Below, piece after piece: positions 40,534 through 51,455 of a DNA stretch of 58,566 nucleotides. Under the pieces are notes generated by a model that did no database searches, was not told the origin of the DNA, and saw nothing but the letters and a program-made list of their open reading frames with translations. Source of the stretch: Promethearchaeota archaeon (GTDB lineage Archaea > Asgardarchaeota > Lokiarchaeia > Sigyniarchaeales > SOKP01); NCBI GenBank assembly GCA_004524535.1, contig SDNY01000005.1, positions 1 through 58,566 of the forward strand, read 5' to 3'. The position numbers and the translations under genes were made by a program. Within the stretch, counting starts at the first letter, position 1, and each line of letters begins with the position of its first letter.

Positions 40534-41280
40534 TTAATAAGTTTGATACACATTTTTTTCTGATGGGTAAATTCTAGATTCCATCTCCAAATCTCTAATA
40601 TATTTTTTTAACTTCTCTTCAGAAATTTGGATTAACTCTTTAATCTTTTTGAAACTTATCCCATTTCCCTCTATTGAATGTTTTTCTATAACAGAATAAA
40701 TTTCTTCTTTAACATCATCAATTTCTAAAGATTTCTCCTCATCAAAGAGACTATTAACATCAATTTCGGTTGATATTTCGTCAATCTCAAATTTTTCCTC
40801 TGGAAATTCTGGTATTTCTTGGATTTCTCCAGCTTTAATTTTTTTAATTATTTCTGCATCTCTTAATAGAATAAAATTTGGATCTTTTATTTTATTGATA
40901 ATCTCAGGTGATATCGAAATATAATCCTTCCATTTTCTAATTAAGCCAACAACATCAACAATATCTCCTTTTATAAAATCTTTAAAATGGTCTGGATTCG
41001 CTTTCCATAATATAGCTCGTATTAATCCTGTTCCATCATCTAAATCGAATTCAATCCTTAAATTAGAACCATTGTCATCTTCTAAAACAAAATCGCTCTC
41101 AGTTGATTGGGTATTTAAGATCTCTCTCTTATCGATAATTGTTGCCACAATTCGAACTCTCTTTACTTTTCCAAAAATAGTATAAAGGGATTTATCTTCG
41201 ATTGAATATTTGCCATCCAAAATATTTTTTATCCAACAATGAATCGCAGGTGACCTTTTTGGATATTGCATCTCATTCAT
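40534..41280 (-). CDS. rpa2: RPA32-like subunit (OB fold plus C-terminal winged helix)
   Basis: KRSPA, RVRIVATI, LDDGTGLIRAILW, acidic linker, C-terminal wH. Confidence 0.82.
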   Translation of the reverse strand: MNEMQYPKRSPAIHCWIKNILDGKYSIEDKSLYTIFGKVKRVRIVATIIDKREILNTQSTESDFVLEDDNGSNLRIEFDLDDGTGLIRAILWKANPDHFKDFIKGDIVDVVGLIRKWKDYISISPEIINKIKDPNFILLRDAEIIKKIKAGEIQEIPEFPEEKFEIDEISTEIDVNSLFDEEKSLEIDDVKEEIYSVIEKHSIEGNGISFKKIKELIQISEEKLKKYIRDLEMESRIYPSEKNVYQTY

Positions 41281-41443
41281 GTAGATTTTAGCTCCAGAAA
41301 TTTAATTCTAATTCAACTAATATATATTAAGTTTTATTTTTTATAGAAAGATCTATTAAACAAAAAATATCTTTAAAATTTTTTTTTGAACATTTAACTT
41401 ATATTAATCCTATTTTATAAAAAAGAATAGAAAAAAATGTAAA

Positions 41444-41587
41444 TGGTAGCGGGGGTTCGAGTTTCAGTTTGCTGGAAATCAGTATTTTATAACCTTTGAA
41501 CGAACGAGTCTGCTATTCATTCGACAATGAAAGAATATTCTCAGGGTTATGAGCCCTGCGGCATAAACCAGGCTAGCCCACCCCGCT
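41444..41587 (-). tRNA. initiator tRNA-Met(CAU) with two introns (41538-41508 at 46/47, 41494-41461 at 59/60); CCA encoded
   Basis: A1:U72 acceptor AGCGGGG/CCCCGCT-ACCA; three G:C pairs in CAGGG-CT CAT AA-CCCTG; BHB TTCA-AA|G...TGAA-AC|T. Confidence 0.9.
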
Positions 41588-41735
41588 TAAAATTATTCCT
41601 ATGAGTTATTTAAATAATGTTTATAACTTAATAGTAATCTTATCTTTAAAATTTTTATTATTATGTGGTGTTTTTTAATAAAAGAATAAAATAATTGTAA
41701 ATATTAATTGAAAATTCAAATAAAAGGAAAAGAAG

Positions 41736-42527
41736 ATGGGAGATTCACATTCTAAAAGCTTTTTTGGTCAAAATACGGGATTAGTAATTAATAGCTCCTC
41801 AAAATCAGAACCTTTTTTTTTTATTAGATGTATTAAAAAAAAACCTGGTGGATCGTGGGAAAAACCTTCTGCTGGCGAAGGAAAAGTAATTAAATGTTCT
41901 TTAGATGAGATTGTTATGATATTACAGGTTTTAAATCGGAAGCAATTAAATTGGTCTTGTTATCATAATTATAAAAACAATAAATCATCTATATCATTTG
42001 GATGGGAAGATGAACAAGCAGAAACTTTGTGGATAAATATCGCAAACTATTCAAAAATGTTGAATTTTGCTCAGGCAGAAATTTTAAGGCTATTATTAGT
42101 GCACATATTACATGAAAAAATAAAATATGCTACTTGCTCTAATGGTGAAAATCTAAATAATAAAATGGAAAGTAAATTCTACTCTGAAGGAACTGATCCT
42201 AATAAAAATAATCTGAATAATAATATAACTCTTGAAAAAAATTACGATCAAAATTTATTTGAACAGGATTTCGAGGAAAATGTAAATCAAGATAATCAAA
42301 TATCTTCCATACTCGTCTCAAAAAGTAAATTATTTAAGGAGATGACTAATATTAATGGAGCAATTAAAGGAGAAACAGAAAAAGCTTTATTGCTCACTTT
42401 TAAATCGGGACAAGAAATTTGGATCCCCAAATCAACAATACATTGTCAATATATTCCTAAAAAAATGTTCAATCAGAATTTTCTTATTGATAATTGGATA
42501 TTAAATAGAAACAAAATTCTAACTTAA
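41736..42527 (+). CDS. hypothetical protein (two domains joined by an Asn-rich linker)
   Basis: 263-aa ORF; C-terminal ETEKALLL...IWIPKS beta-barrel-like motif. Confidence 0.65.
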   Translation: MGDSHSKSFFGQNTGLVINSSSKSEPFFFIRCIKKKPGGSWEKPSAGEGKVIKCSLDEIVMILQVLNRKQLNWSCYHNYKNNKSSISFGWEDEQAETLWINIANYSKMLNFAQAEILRLLLVHILHEKIKYATCSNGENLNNKMESKFYSEGTDPNKNNLNNNITLEKNYDQNLFEQDFEENVNQDNQISSILVSKSKLFKEMTNINGAIKGETEKALLLTFKSGQEIWIPKSTIHCQYIPKKMFNQNFLIDNWILNRNKILT

Positions 42528-42675
42528 AATCGGATAATAAAGAAGCATTTTTAGATATAATTTGTACTATTTATAAAAATTCTATTTTGTTCCTTATCCT
42601 TTAATTAAAATAAAACCAATAACCTTAATTTCTTATATTAATTTTGAATAAGAAAAAATAGATATTTAAAATTAA

Positions 42676-44502
42676 ATGAGTTTTTTTGATTTAATCCTTT
42701 CAATTATAACTAATCCATGGTTCATTATCTCTATAATCTTCTGGTTAATTGTATTAGTTTTAATTTTTATCCTACGCAATAAGAAAGACAGTATTCTTGT
42801 GTTTTTTCCTTTTATTGCTATGTTAAAGACTAAAAAATTAAATAATTTTATCTCTAAAATTTCAAAAAAAAAACCGAGATTTTGGCGAATTTTTTGGAAT
42901 ATAGGAATTTTTATATCTTTTGCATTTATTATCTTTGCCCTTTTTTTCTTTTTCATAAATTTAATTAATCTCTTATATCAACCAAGGATAGAAAATGCAG
43001 TGACACCTTTAATACCTGGTGTCACGGTAGATCTCCCCCTTTTTGCATATTTAATAATACCACTACTGTTCATTTTAACTACTCACGAATTAGCACATGG
43101 AATTGCTGCTAATAATGATGGTGTCGACATTAAATCTACTGGTATTTTAGGAGCAGGATTATTCTTTTTAATTGGAATGGGTGCTTTTGTTGAAGTGGAT
43201 GAAAGAGAATTAAATTCACCCAAGTTCCATAGGAATACACGTTTAAGAATCGCTGCTGCGGGTACTTTTGTAAATGCAATAACAGCTGCAGTTGCTTTTT
43301 TTCTCTTATTGATTTTTCCAATTCTGATTTCACCAATTTACGGGGATCGTGTTATTCAAGTAGATTCCGTACTAAAAGAAGATGAGGGTGGCTTTAATTA
43401 TGGTAGACTCTCAAAAGGTGATGTTATTACAGCTCTCAAAAAGAAAGATTCAGACGAAGGTTTTATTAATATTAACGGGGATGGATATTATAGCCTTCAA
43501 AATCTACTAGACAATAACTCTATTAAAATTAAGTGTTCTCCTGGTGATAAATTAACATTAAAAATATATAGGCCAAGGGTAGATAAAACGATTGAAAAAA
43601 ATATAATTCTGGGGCCTCGCTATAAAATAGGAATCTTATATGAATATATCTCCAATAGAAAATTAAAAATTACTTATATTTACTCAAAGGAGGAAGATGG
43701 AAATAACTACAACAAAGATTTATATGAAGATTTAATTATAAGAAAAATTAATGGTACACGAATAAATAAAGCTGAAGGACAAACGCTTGAGAAACTATTG
43801 ACAAATTTTAATTTGAAAAAGATAAAACTAACCTCAGAATCTGGTAAAAATTACTATTTAGACGTTGATTTTGATGGTGTTTTTATCGGCATTATAAGTA
43901 AATTGTATTGGATGCCTAGAAACAACAATATAATAGCAAAAACTCTTGGGGGCAATTTTCCTGACTTTTTATTAAGAGAACTTATATGGTTCTGGGTAAT
44001 TGCCTTTAGTGTAACTTTATTTAATATGCTTCCTCTGCCAATATTCGATGGTGACAGAATGGTGAAAGAAATGATTAATTCGGGGATTGGAGAAAAGTAC
44101 AAATCTAAAAAGAAGAAAAGAGATAAATTTATATATAAAAAGAAAGAAAAATTTTATGGTTTATCTGAGTATCGTGTGGAAAAAATAGATTCAATAAAAA
44201 TCTACACACAAGACCAAACAAGAACAGAACAAAGCAAAATTATACTTGGTGAAAACAATTATGATCTAATCGACAAAATTGGGGATGGATATAAAAGTAC
44301 TGTATCATTTGATTTGCCTGAACAAACAGAATTAAAAGAAAACTCAATTATCGAAGTATCTTACGAATATTGGTATGATGAGAGAAAAAAAATAAAAAAA
44401 ACCATTTTGAATACGATTAGAATTTTGACTTTATTTATAGTTCTTGGTAATTTTCTATTATCTTATATTCAATTAGGAAATGTAGCATTTTGGTTAAGTT
44501 AA
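42676..44502 (+). CDS. site-2 protease (M50 metalloprotease) with PDZ-like inserts
   Basis: HELAHG, GAFVE, AAGTFVN, NMLPLPIFDGD. Confidence 0.94.
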   Translation: MSFFDLILSIITNPWFIISIIFWLIVLVLIFILRNKKDSILVFFPFIAMLKTKKLNNFISKISKKKPRFWRIFWNIGIFISFAFIIFALFFFFINLINLLYQPRIENAVTPLIPGVTVDLPLFAYLIIPLLFILTTHELAHGIAANNDGVDIKSTGILGAGLFFLIGMGAFVEVDERELNSPKFHRNTRLRIAAAGTFVNAITAAVAFFLLLIFPILISPIYGDRVIQVDSVLKEDEGGFNYGRLSKGDVITALKKKDSDEGFININGDGYYSLQNLLDNNSIKIKCSPGDKLTLKIYRPRVDKTIEKNIILGPRYKIGILYEYISNRKLKITYIYSKEEDGNNYNKDLYEDLIIRKINGTRINKAEGQTLEKLLTNFNLKKIKLTSESGKNYYLDVDFDGVFIGIISKLYWMPRNNNIIAKTLGGNFPDFLLRELIWFWVIAFSVTLFNMLPLPIFDGDRMVKEMINSGIGEKYKSKKKKRDKFIYKKKEKFYGLSEYRVEKIDSIKIYTQDQTRTEQSKIILGENNYDLIDKIGDGYKSTVSFDLPEQTELKENSIIEVSYEYWYDERKKIKKTILNTIRILTLFIVLGNFLLSYIQLGNVAFWLS

Positions 44503-44555
44503 TGAATTTAATTGATTAAAATTAACAATTTTCAGATTTTAACGAATAAATACAA

Positions 44556-45536
44556 ATGAGCAATAATTATAACTTATATTTAAAAAAAGGAAAATGCAAT
44601 TATTGCTCCAATTCAATTGTTATTCACAGAAAACATTCTGGAGAACAATTATGTCCTCATTGTTTTGAAAAGAGTGTAGAAAAAATAATTTATAAAACGA
44701 TATCTAAATACAAAATGATTAAATCTCAGGATAGAGTTATCGTAGCTCTATCTGGAGGAAAAGATTCTATAACTCTTTTATATAATTTAATGAAAATTCA
44801 AAAGAAATCTTATCATTCAGAACAATTGACAGCCCTAATAATTGATGAAGGAATTGAGGATTATAGAGAAAATAGTGTTAAACGAGCAATAAATTTCTGT
44901 AAGAAATTTGATATTGAGTATAAAATCGTTACCTTTAAAGAAAAAATTGGGAAAACATTAGATGAAATTATAAATATAAAAAAAAATTCCCCCGAATATA
45001 AGTATGCTTGCAATTATTGTGCAATAATTAGGAGAAAATTATTAAATGACGGTGCAAAAGAATTGGGAGGAACTATTTTAGCGATGGGGCATAATCTAAC
45101 CGATATCGCAGAAACTTACCTCATGAATATTCTGCACAAAAGGTTGAACTTAATATCTAATCAATATTTTTTCAAACAAGAAAATCAAAACATCTCTCAA
45201 TTCTTTATTAAAAAGGTGATGCCGTTAATTAAAATACCTGAAGAGGAAATATTTTTATATGCAAATATTAAAAAATTCAATTATTACGCCCCTCATTGTC
45301 CGTATAGAGAAAAAGATCCAATTCTAAGAAAACGAGTATTAGATTTTATTCAAGAATGCAAAAAATATAGTCCAGAAATAGAATATAATTTACTTAATTG
45401 TTTTTTAGAGTTATCCGAAATATTATATAATCATTATGAAAGAAAACCTCATAATTTTTGCCAAAAATGCGGATATCCAAGTGGAATTTCTAAGCTATGC
45501 ACTTTTTGTAATTTTGTTAAAGAACTTGCTGATTAA
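44556..45536 (+). CDS. ncs6: tRNA 2-thiolation protein Ncs6/TtuA family
   Basis: ALSGGKDS, CNYCAIIRR, GHNLTD, terminal Zn fingers. Confidence 0.9.
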   Translation: MSNNYNLYLKKGKCNYCSNSIVIHRKHSGEQLCPHCFEKSVEKIIYKTISKYKMIKSQDRVIVALSGGKDSITLLYNLMKIQKKSYHSEQLTALIIDEGIEDYRENSVKRAINFCKKFDIEYKIVTFKEKIGKTLDEIINIKKNSPEYKYACNYCAIIRRKLLNDGAKELGGTILAMGHNLTDIAETYLMNILHKRLNLISNQYFFKQENQNISQFFIKKVMPLIKIPEEEIFLYANIKKFNYYAPHCPYREKDPILRKRVLDFIQECKKYSPEIEYNLLNCFLELSEILYNHYERKPHNFCQKCGYPSGISKLCTFCNFVKELAD

Positions 45537-46519
45537 TCCGCAGTAACCAAAAACTTCCCTAATTCTTTTAATTTGTAATATTCTCTTATTTCTTCTTTGA
45601 ATAGAGGAATTTCAATTAATCTTTTTCCTAATTTTTCTCTAAAAATATCTTGAATCTTTAAAAGATTTCTCTGTTGCATTTCCCGACGACTTTTACAGAA
45701 ATCACATAATTCAGGGGTATCCTCGTACAACTGGTTGACAACAATATTTGAAACGGGGATGCTGTATTTAACTAACTCGTTTAATAATCGCCCTGTTTCA
45801 GCAATAGCCATTTCTTCCGATATCATAACAATAACAAAGGAATTTAAATTTGGATTGATTAAATCATCTCTCGCATTTAAAATTGAGCTGTTTAATTTTT
45901 CTAAGAGTTCTAATGTGTTGTCCTTCTTTTTTTCTCCCCCTGTAAACATCCTTTTAACAGCACCAAACAATTTTCCTATTTTCAACTTCAATTTTAATAA
46001 TTTGCCAATCCACCCAGATAATGTTTCAGGAAGACTTAGAAATCTAAGCGTATGACCTGTAGGAGCCGTATCAAAAACAATTAAATCGTAATCATGTTCG
46101 GTTTCAATGAATTCTAACACTTTCGCAAATGCTAACGCTTCATCGATTCCTGGAGGACTTAATGAAGAGAATTCTTGCATGTCTTCCATTAATGGCATAT
46201 CCCCCATTCCAGATAACCCCATTTCTTCCATAGGATTAACGCTTGTTATTCCTTGAAATTCTGCCATATTAGCTTTAGGATCAATCTCCAATGCAGTTAA
46301 ATTACGTATACCTTCTATTGGAGTAGGAACCCCTGGAGGTAATTCTAGTCCTAAACTATCACCTAAAGAATGGGCTGGATCTGTACTAATAATTAAAGTA
46401 TTCCTCCCATGTTCGGCTGCCCAAATCGCTGAGCTTGACGCACAAGTTGTTTTTCCGACACCTCCCTTTCCGCCAAACATTATCATCTTTAAATTTAATA
46501 AAAGATCTTTTAATTCCAT
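45533..46519 (-). CDS. ArsA/Get3 (TRC40) family ATPase
   Basis: GGKGGVGKTT, STDPAHSL, PGIDEA, DTAPTGHTLRFL, CDFC. Confidence 0.94.
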   Translation of the reverse strand: MELKDLLLNLKMIMFGGKGGVGKTTCASSSAIWAAEHGRNTLIISTDPAHSLGDSLGLELPPGVPTPIEGIRNLTALEIDPKANMAEFQGITSVNPMEEMGLSGMGDMPLMEDMQEFSSLSPPGIDEALAFAKVLEFIETEHDYDLIVFDTAPTGHTLRFLSLPETLSGWIGKLLKLKLKIGKLFGAVKRMFTGGEKKKDNTLELLEKLNSSILNARDDLINPNLNSFVIVMISEEMAIAETGRLLNELVKYSIPVSNIVVNQLYEDTPELCDFCKSRREMQQRNLLKIQDIFREKLGKRLIEIPLFKEEIREYYKLKELGKFLVTAD

Positions 46520-46620
46520 CTTTTTTCACTGCTTTTTACATTATATTTAATAATTATCTATAAAAACTAATTTAATTAATATTTTGTATTCAATCCAAAC
46601 TTATCTTAGAATGGTATGAT

Positions 46621-47895
46621 TTAATAATTAAGTTTATATCGCAAAATCGCTACAATTCCTCCAAAGGTACTATATAACATCTCTCCCTCTTCAGTTTCAG
46701 GAGAAAGGATCTCTACATCTGTTCCAGTGGTTAGGGCAATTTCTCCGAGTTCTTCTATTATTGAGTTTTTTTCAATAATATTAAAATTATTTGAGTTGCA
46801 TTTAGGACAACTCTCTTCTTGGATAACAGATTCTAAATTAATTAATTCATGTTCCCTTGTATTTCTAAATTCTATATAACCACAGTTAGAGCATTCTAAT
46901 TTTACTCTATATGAATCTAATTTTTCAGAGAGTATTAGTGTATCAACGGCACTATAATTTAAAGCTTTTTGTACTTCTTCAAGACCATAAGTTGCTAAAC
47001 CTGAATCGTTTGTTATCTCTTTCATAAAGCCTTGCATTACTAGCTTTTCACGAATATATTTCACATCTTCAATTTTTTCTTTAACCTTATCTATTAACGC
47101 TCGAATTCCCTCACTCCCACTATAACCAAGATCGACGACGTCTAAGATTTTATCTCTTAATCTATAATCCAAACTCTCTTCGTTTACAAATTTCTCTTTT
47201 GAAGGCCCAGGTCCGCCTACAAATATGCCGTTCAGGTCTTCTATATTTAAAAATAAATTATTAATTTCTTCCGAAATTCGACGATAAAATCTTTTTTCTT
47301 GTTCTTCAATTACTCTTTCGTATCTTCTTTGAGATTGCCCACCAGCTCTATGTTTACCATGGATCCCTGATGTAAATTCTCTTACAATCTCCACATGATT
47401 TCCTCTAAGATAACCAACAGCTGAATTAGCTCTTCCTATAACTAACAATCCATAGGTTTCTTTAGGTTTGATCATTTCCTCTAATGGGAACAATAAAAAT
47501 TCGCTAGCACAGTGATATCTAAAGGTTTGAACTTTCTCTGGAGGATTGACTATATATAACTCGTTTTTCTCTGTTCCTGGTGTGTCATTTTGCGGAATTG
47601 CTCCAGAAAACATAACTAATCCATTTTCAGGAACTTCTCTAATATTTTTTAATTGGCCTAAAAGAGTTGAAATACTATCTAATACATTTTTTCTCGTCAA
47701 TTTGGATTTAATATTCTGGCTTTCGCTTACCTCGTTTTTAAGATGATTCGTGACATCTGAAAGTTTGCGATCGTGCGGAATATATAATGAGATTAATTCT
47801 GTATGAAAACCCTTCTTGCTCTTTAAGAGTTCCAATAATTTTTTTGTCTTATAAATATCTAAATCTGTGCTCTTCTTTTTCACTTCAGTACTCAT
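46621..47895 (-). CDS. prf1: peptide chain release factor aRF1
   Basis: NIKS, YHC, GGQS, GEMLYSTFGGIVAILRY. Confidence 0.98.
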   Translation of the reverse strand: MSTEVKKKSTDLDIYKTKKLLELLKSKKGFHTELISLYIPHDRKLSDVTNHLKNEVSESQNIKSKLTRKNVLDSISTLLGQLKNIREVPENGLVMFSGAIPQNDTPGTEKNELYIVNPPEKVQTFRYHCASEFLLFPLEEMIKPKETYGLLVIGRANSAVGYLRGNHVEIVREFTSGIHGKHRAGGQSQRRYERVIEEQEKRFYRRISEEINNLFLNIEDLNGIFVGGPGPSKEKFVNEESLDYRLRDKILDVVDLGYSGSEGIRALIDKVKEKIEDVKYIREKLVMQGFMKEITNDSGLATYGLEEVQKALNYSAVDTLILSEKLDSYRVKLECSNCGYIEFRNTREHELINLESVIQEESCPKCNSNNFNIIEKNSIIEELGEIALTTGTDVEILSPETEEGEMLYSTFGGIVAILRYKLNY

Positions 47896-47996
47896 AATTA
47901 CCTACACAATTAAATAAACATACAAAAGATAAAATTTTTTTCTTTTTCTAAATTTTCAACACCTAAATATAGTTTTAATTCTAGATTTATAAATTT

Positions 47997-48794
47997 ATGA
48001 AAGAAAAAAGAAATCAAAACCATAGTATCCCAAAAGATCATCCAAGATATAAAAGTCTAAAATATCGGCATAAAATCATTGAAGGCATGAAAAATTTGGC
48101 AGTTGCTGAAGCAGGTTTAATTGCTCATGGGAGGGGAGAATGCTTTGATTATATTTTAGGTGAAAGAACCAATGAGACTGCTAAAAAAGCAATGAAGGCA
48201 GCAGTTGCAGCTCTATTATTAGCAAAAAGTCCTATTATAAGCGTCAACGGCAATACCGCAGCACTCGTACCAAAAGAACTTGTAGAATTATCCGAAATTG
48301 TAAACGCTCCGCTTGAAATAAATTTATTTTATTATAAAGAAGGTCGTATCGAGGCAATAAAAAAAATCCTAGAAGAAGCAGGTGCAACCGATATTCGAGG
48401 AACTTTAAAAGAGAAATTAGTTGAAATAGAAGGTTTAGAAAGCAATAGACGATTTGTACAGAGTATCATTGATGCTGACCTAGTAATGGTTCCTTTAGAA
48501 GATGGTGATAGAACCGAGACATTAAAAAAAAGAGGAAAAAATGTTATTGCGGTTGACCTAAATCCAATTAGTAGAACTGCCATTTGGGCGGACATTACAA
48601 TTGTTGATAATATTATTAGAACCTTACCAGAAATGATAAAAATTGCTAAAGATTTAAAAAGTTTGGAGAAAGAACAATTAATTACCATTTTAAATAATTT
48701 CGATAACAAAAAAAACATCATAGACACATTAGAATTAATAAAAGAATATATTGAAGCTCAAAAAGAAAACGCTTTCAAAATCCTAAAATCCTAA
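47997..48794 (+). CDS. phosphopantothenate synthetase (archaeal)
   Basis: HPRYKSL, GLIAHGRGECFDY, SVNGN, VPLEDGDR, DLNPISRT. Confidence 0.94.
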   Translation: MKEKRNQNHSIPKDHPRYKSLKYRHKIIEGMKNLAVAEAGLIAHGRGECFDYILGERTNETAKKAMKAAVAALLLAKSPIISVNGNTAALVPKELVELSEIVNAPLEINLFYYKEGRIEAIKKILEEAGATDIRGTLKEKLVEIEGLESNRRFVQSIIDADLVMVPLEDGDRTETLKKRGKNVIAVDLNPISRTAIWADITIVDNIIRTLPEMIKIAKDLKSLEKEQLITILNNFDNKKNIIDTLELIKEYIEAQKENAFKILKS

Positions 48795-48887
48795 AAATTA
48801 AATATATCAATTCAAAAATATTAAATTAGTATAATATATATTTTATCTAATTATGGTATAATTTTAATTATTTAAGAAAAAGATACT

Positions 48888-49427
48888 ATGACTACAGATA
48901 AAGATATTAAACCTTCTTTTCTGGAAAAAAACGATGATAATAAACCATTTTTAATTAGAAGGTGCACTATTAAAGATTTAGAAAATGTAAAAGAAATTAA
49001 TGAAAAAGAACTTCCTGAAGATTATCCATTTTTCTTTTATAAAAGTATTCTCGAAAACTTTCCAGAAGCTTTCTTAGTCGCCTGCAAGAAACAGGATCCC
49101 AATTATCTTTTAGGTTATATCATGTGGAGAATTGAAAGAATCCCTTCTAAAGATAGTCTAAGGTTAATTAATAAGGGACATTTGGTATCAATAGCCGTTG
49201 TTGAAAGCTACCGAAGAATGGGAATCGCTTCAGCTTTATTATTAAAAAGCATGCCAGAAATTTTAAAAAAAAATATAACTGAATATGTTTTAGAAGTAAG
49301 AATCTCAAACCATCAAGCTGTTAGTTTGTATCAAAATTTCAATTTTAAAACAGAAGGCGTTAAGAAAAAGTATTATAAAGATGGAGAAAATGCTTACTAT
49401 ATGGTCAACAAAATACATAATACTTAA
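48888..49427 (+). CDS. ard1: N-terminal acetyltransferase Ard1/RimI
   Basis: LPEDY, GHLVSIAV, RRMGIA, LEVRISN, YYKDGENAY. Confidence 0.93.
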   Translation: MTTDKDIKPSFLEKNDDNKPFLIRRCTIKDLENVKEINEKELPEDYPFFFYKSILENFPEAFLVACKKQDPNYLLGYIMWRIERIPSKDSLRLINKGHLVSIAVVESYRRMGIASALLLKSMPEILKKNITEYVLEVRISNHQAVSLYQNFNFKTEGVKKKYYKDGENAYYMVNKIHNT

Positions 49428-50429
49428 TTATGATGGCTCTAAACCTTTTACTAAATAAGTTAATACCTCATTAATTGGTACATTTAAGTTTATTTCTTTA
49501 GCATATTTTACAATTCTTCCATTTATGAAATCAATTTCGGTTTTTTTCCCTTTTAGAATATCCTGTAGCATAGAGTTTTTATTTTTAGCTGTTTTTTCAG
49601 CAACTTCATAAGTTGACCTTACGAAGTCTTTCTTAGAAAGGTTAATTCTTTTAGCTTCTGCGACCGTTACTGCTTCGTTTACTGCCTCTGCCATTAAATG
49701 TTTCAATCCTTCACTTTCTAATAATTTCCCGTTTTCTAAGCGAGTTAAAGCTCCAAATGGATTAATACCAATGTTTACAAACACCTTCTCCCAGCATTCT
49801 TTAATAATATCATCAACTAATATTGTTTCTAAACCTGAAATATTTAAGAGCTCGCTCAAAACATTTAAATCCTTGTCAATTTCTTCAAATTCATCGTTTT
49901 TTAAGGAAGTTTCATTCTTAAAAGGAAAACCAACTTTAGTGAGACCCATGCCCGTATGAATAATAAACCCAGGTTTCTCAAAAACAACCCCATTTACTGT
50001 AACCGCTCTTATAATCTTTTTTGGGTTAATATATTCTTTAACGATATCTTCATTACCAACTCCATTTTGTAATATCACTAACCGCTTACATTCATCAATA
50101 AGCTTTTTATACTGACCTAATGCTAATCTGATATCATATGTCTTGGTCGTAAGAAATAAAAAATCAAATGGTTTTTTAGAGCTTTTGGCTAAGAATTCTT
50201 TGAATTTCTCAGAACTTTCATAAGCTTTAATATTTTTAATTTCTCTCGTCTCTTTTCCAATTTGTATCTTAAGCCCATTTTTATTTATCGCATCAGAATG
50301 AACCCTTCTACAAAATAATATTACATCTATCGAGTAAATTTCCGATATAATTGACGCTAAATAACCCCCAAAAAGACTTCCAATAGAACCTGCTCCAATA
50401 AAACCTATTCTAATATCCTTTTTACTCAA
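49428..50429 (-). CDS. panE: ketopantoate reductase
   Basis: GAGSIG, LQNGVG, WEKVFVN, NSMLQD, TEIDFING. Confidence 0.95.
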   Translation of the reverse strand: MSKKDIRIGFIGAGSIGSLFGGYLASIISEIYSIDVILFCRRVHSDAINKNGLKIQIGKETREIKNIKAYESSEKFKEFLAKSSKKPFDFLFLTTKTYDIRLALGQYKKLIDECKRLVILQNGVGNEDIVKEYINPKKIIRAVTVNGVVFEKPGFIIHTGMGLTKVGFPFKNETSLKNDEFEEIDKDLNVLSELLNISGLETILVDDIIKECWEKVFVNIGINPFGALTRLENGKLLESEGLKHLMAEAVNEAVTVAEAKRINLSKKDFVRSTYEVAEKTAKNKNSMLQDILKGKKTEIDFINGRIVKYAKEINLNVPINEVLTYLVKGLEPS

Positions 50430-50505
50430 TCTATAAACACTAATTTAAATCTTATTGTTTTTTTTAAAATATTTCAATAAAATTCATATAATTCTCTATT
50501 TTCAA

Positions 50506-51381
50506 TTAAAAAAATTTGTCCAAACTTGATTGTCCTTTAGGTAAAGTGCCAGATTCTTTTTTAATATTTAAAATTTTTATTGTATCTGGATCGTTTCTAG
50601 GCTGAACATTTAACTCTCTCATCATCATTAAGGAATTTTTTGCCGCATATCCAGAAAAGTGATTATTGAAATAAATTCCAACTTTTTTTGAATTTTGAAT
50701 AACATCTCGAATTGGAATGGCCCAATTTTTAATCTCATCCTCCTTAAACAAATAATCAAACCATATTTTTTTTCCAAATCCATGAAATCTAATATATGCA
50801 AATTCAGGATTGGTAACATCCATCCGTGGTGGTAATAAAGGTTCAATTACAGCACAATAACTAAGATCTTTTTTTCTTAAGTAATCAAATATCTCGTTAT
50901 CCATCCAAGATTTATCTCTAAACTCAATAACTAAATAATAACCCTTCTCTTTCCAATCATGTGGCCAATCATTTATAAAATTCTTTAAATTATCAAAATA
51001 CTCCTTTTTTCTGAATGAAGGAGGAAGTTGGACCAAAAATGCAAGGAGTTTTTTTGTTTGAATTAAAGGTTGCATAACTCTTAGAAAATATTCTAAATCT
51101 TCTAAACAATTTTTTAAATCCAGTTTATTGTCATGAGTAATAATTTTAGGAATTTTCGCAGTAAAAAAGAAATTTGATGGTGTACGCTTTACCCAACTTC
51201 TTACTATCCCTTCTGGAGGGATATTATAAAAAGTGGTATTAATTTCATTCGTATAAAAGATCTTAGAGTAATATAATAGAAAATCCTTGCTTGTTAAACC
51301 TTTAGGATAAAATGGGCCAATCCATTCTTCATAACCCCATCCCGATGTTCCAATTAAAACTTTACTTGTCATCGATTCCAC
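50506..51381 (-). CDS. DUF72 (YecE) family protein
   Basis: IGTSGW, EINTTFY, QLPPSF, EFRDKSW, YIRFHG, YFNNH. Confidence 0.94.
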   Translation of the reverse strand: MESMTSKVLIGTSGWGYEEWIGPFYPKGLTSKDFLLYYSKIFYTNEINTTFYNIPPEGIVRSWVKRTPSNFFFTAKIPKIITHDNKLDLKNCLEDLEYFLRVMQPLIQTKKLLAFLVQLPPSFRKKEYFDNLKNFINDWPHDWKEKGYYLVIEFRDKSWMDNEIFDYLRKKDLSYCAVIEPLLPPRMDVTNPEFAYIRFHGFGKKIWFDYLFKEDEIKNWAIPIRDVIQNSKKVGIYFNNHFSGYAAKNSLMMMRELNVQPRNDPDTIKILNIKKESGTLPKGQSSLDKFF

Positions 51382-51455
51382 GGAATATTACAGTTAAAAC
51401 TATTGCTTTTTCCAAAATAATAATTTTTTGCAGAATAAATAAATATTCTTCTTTC

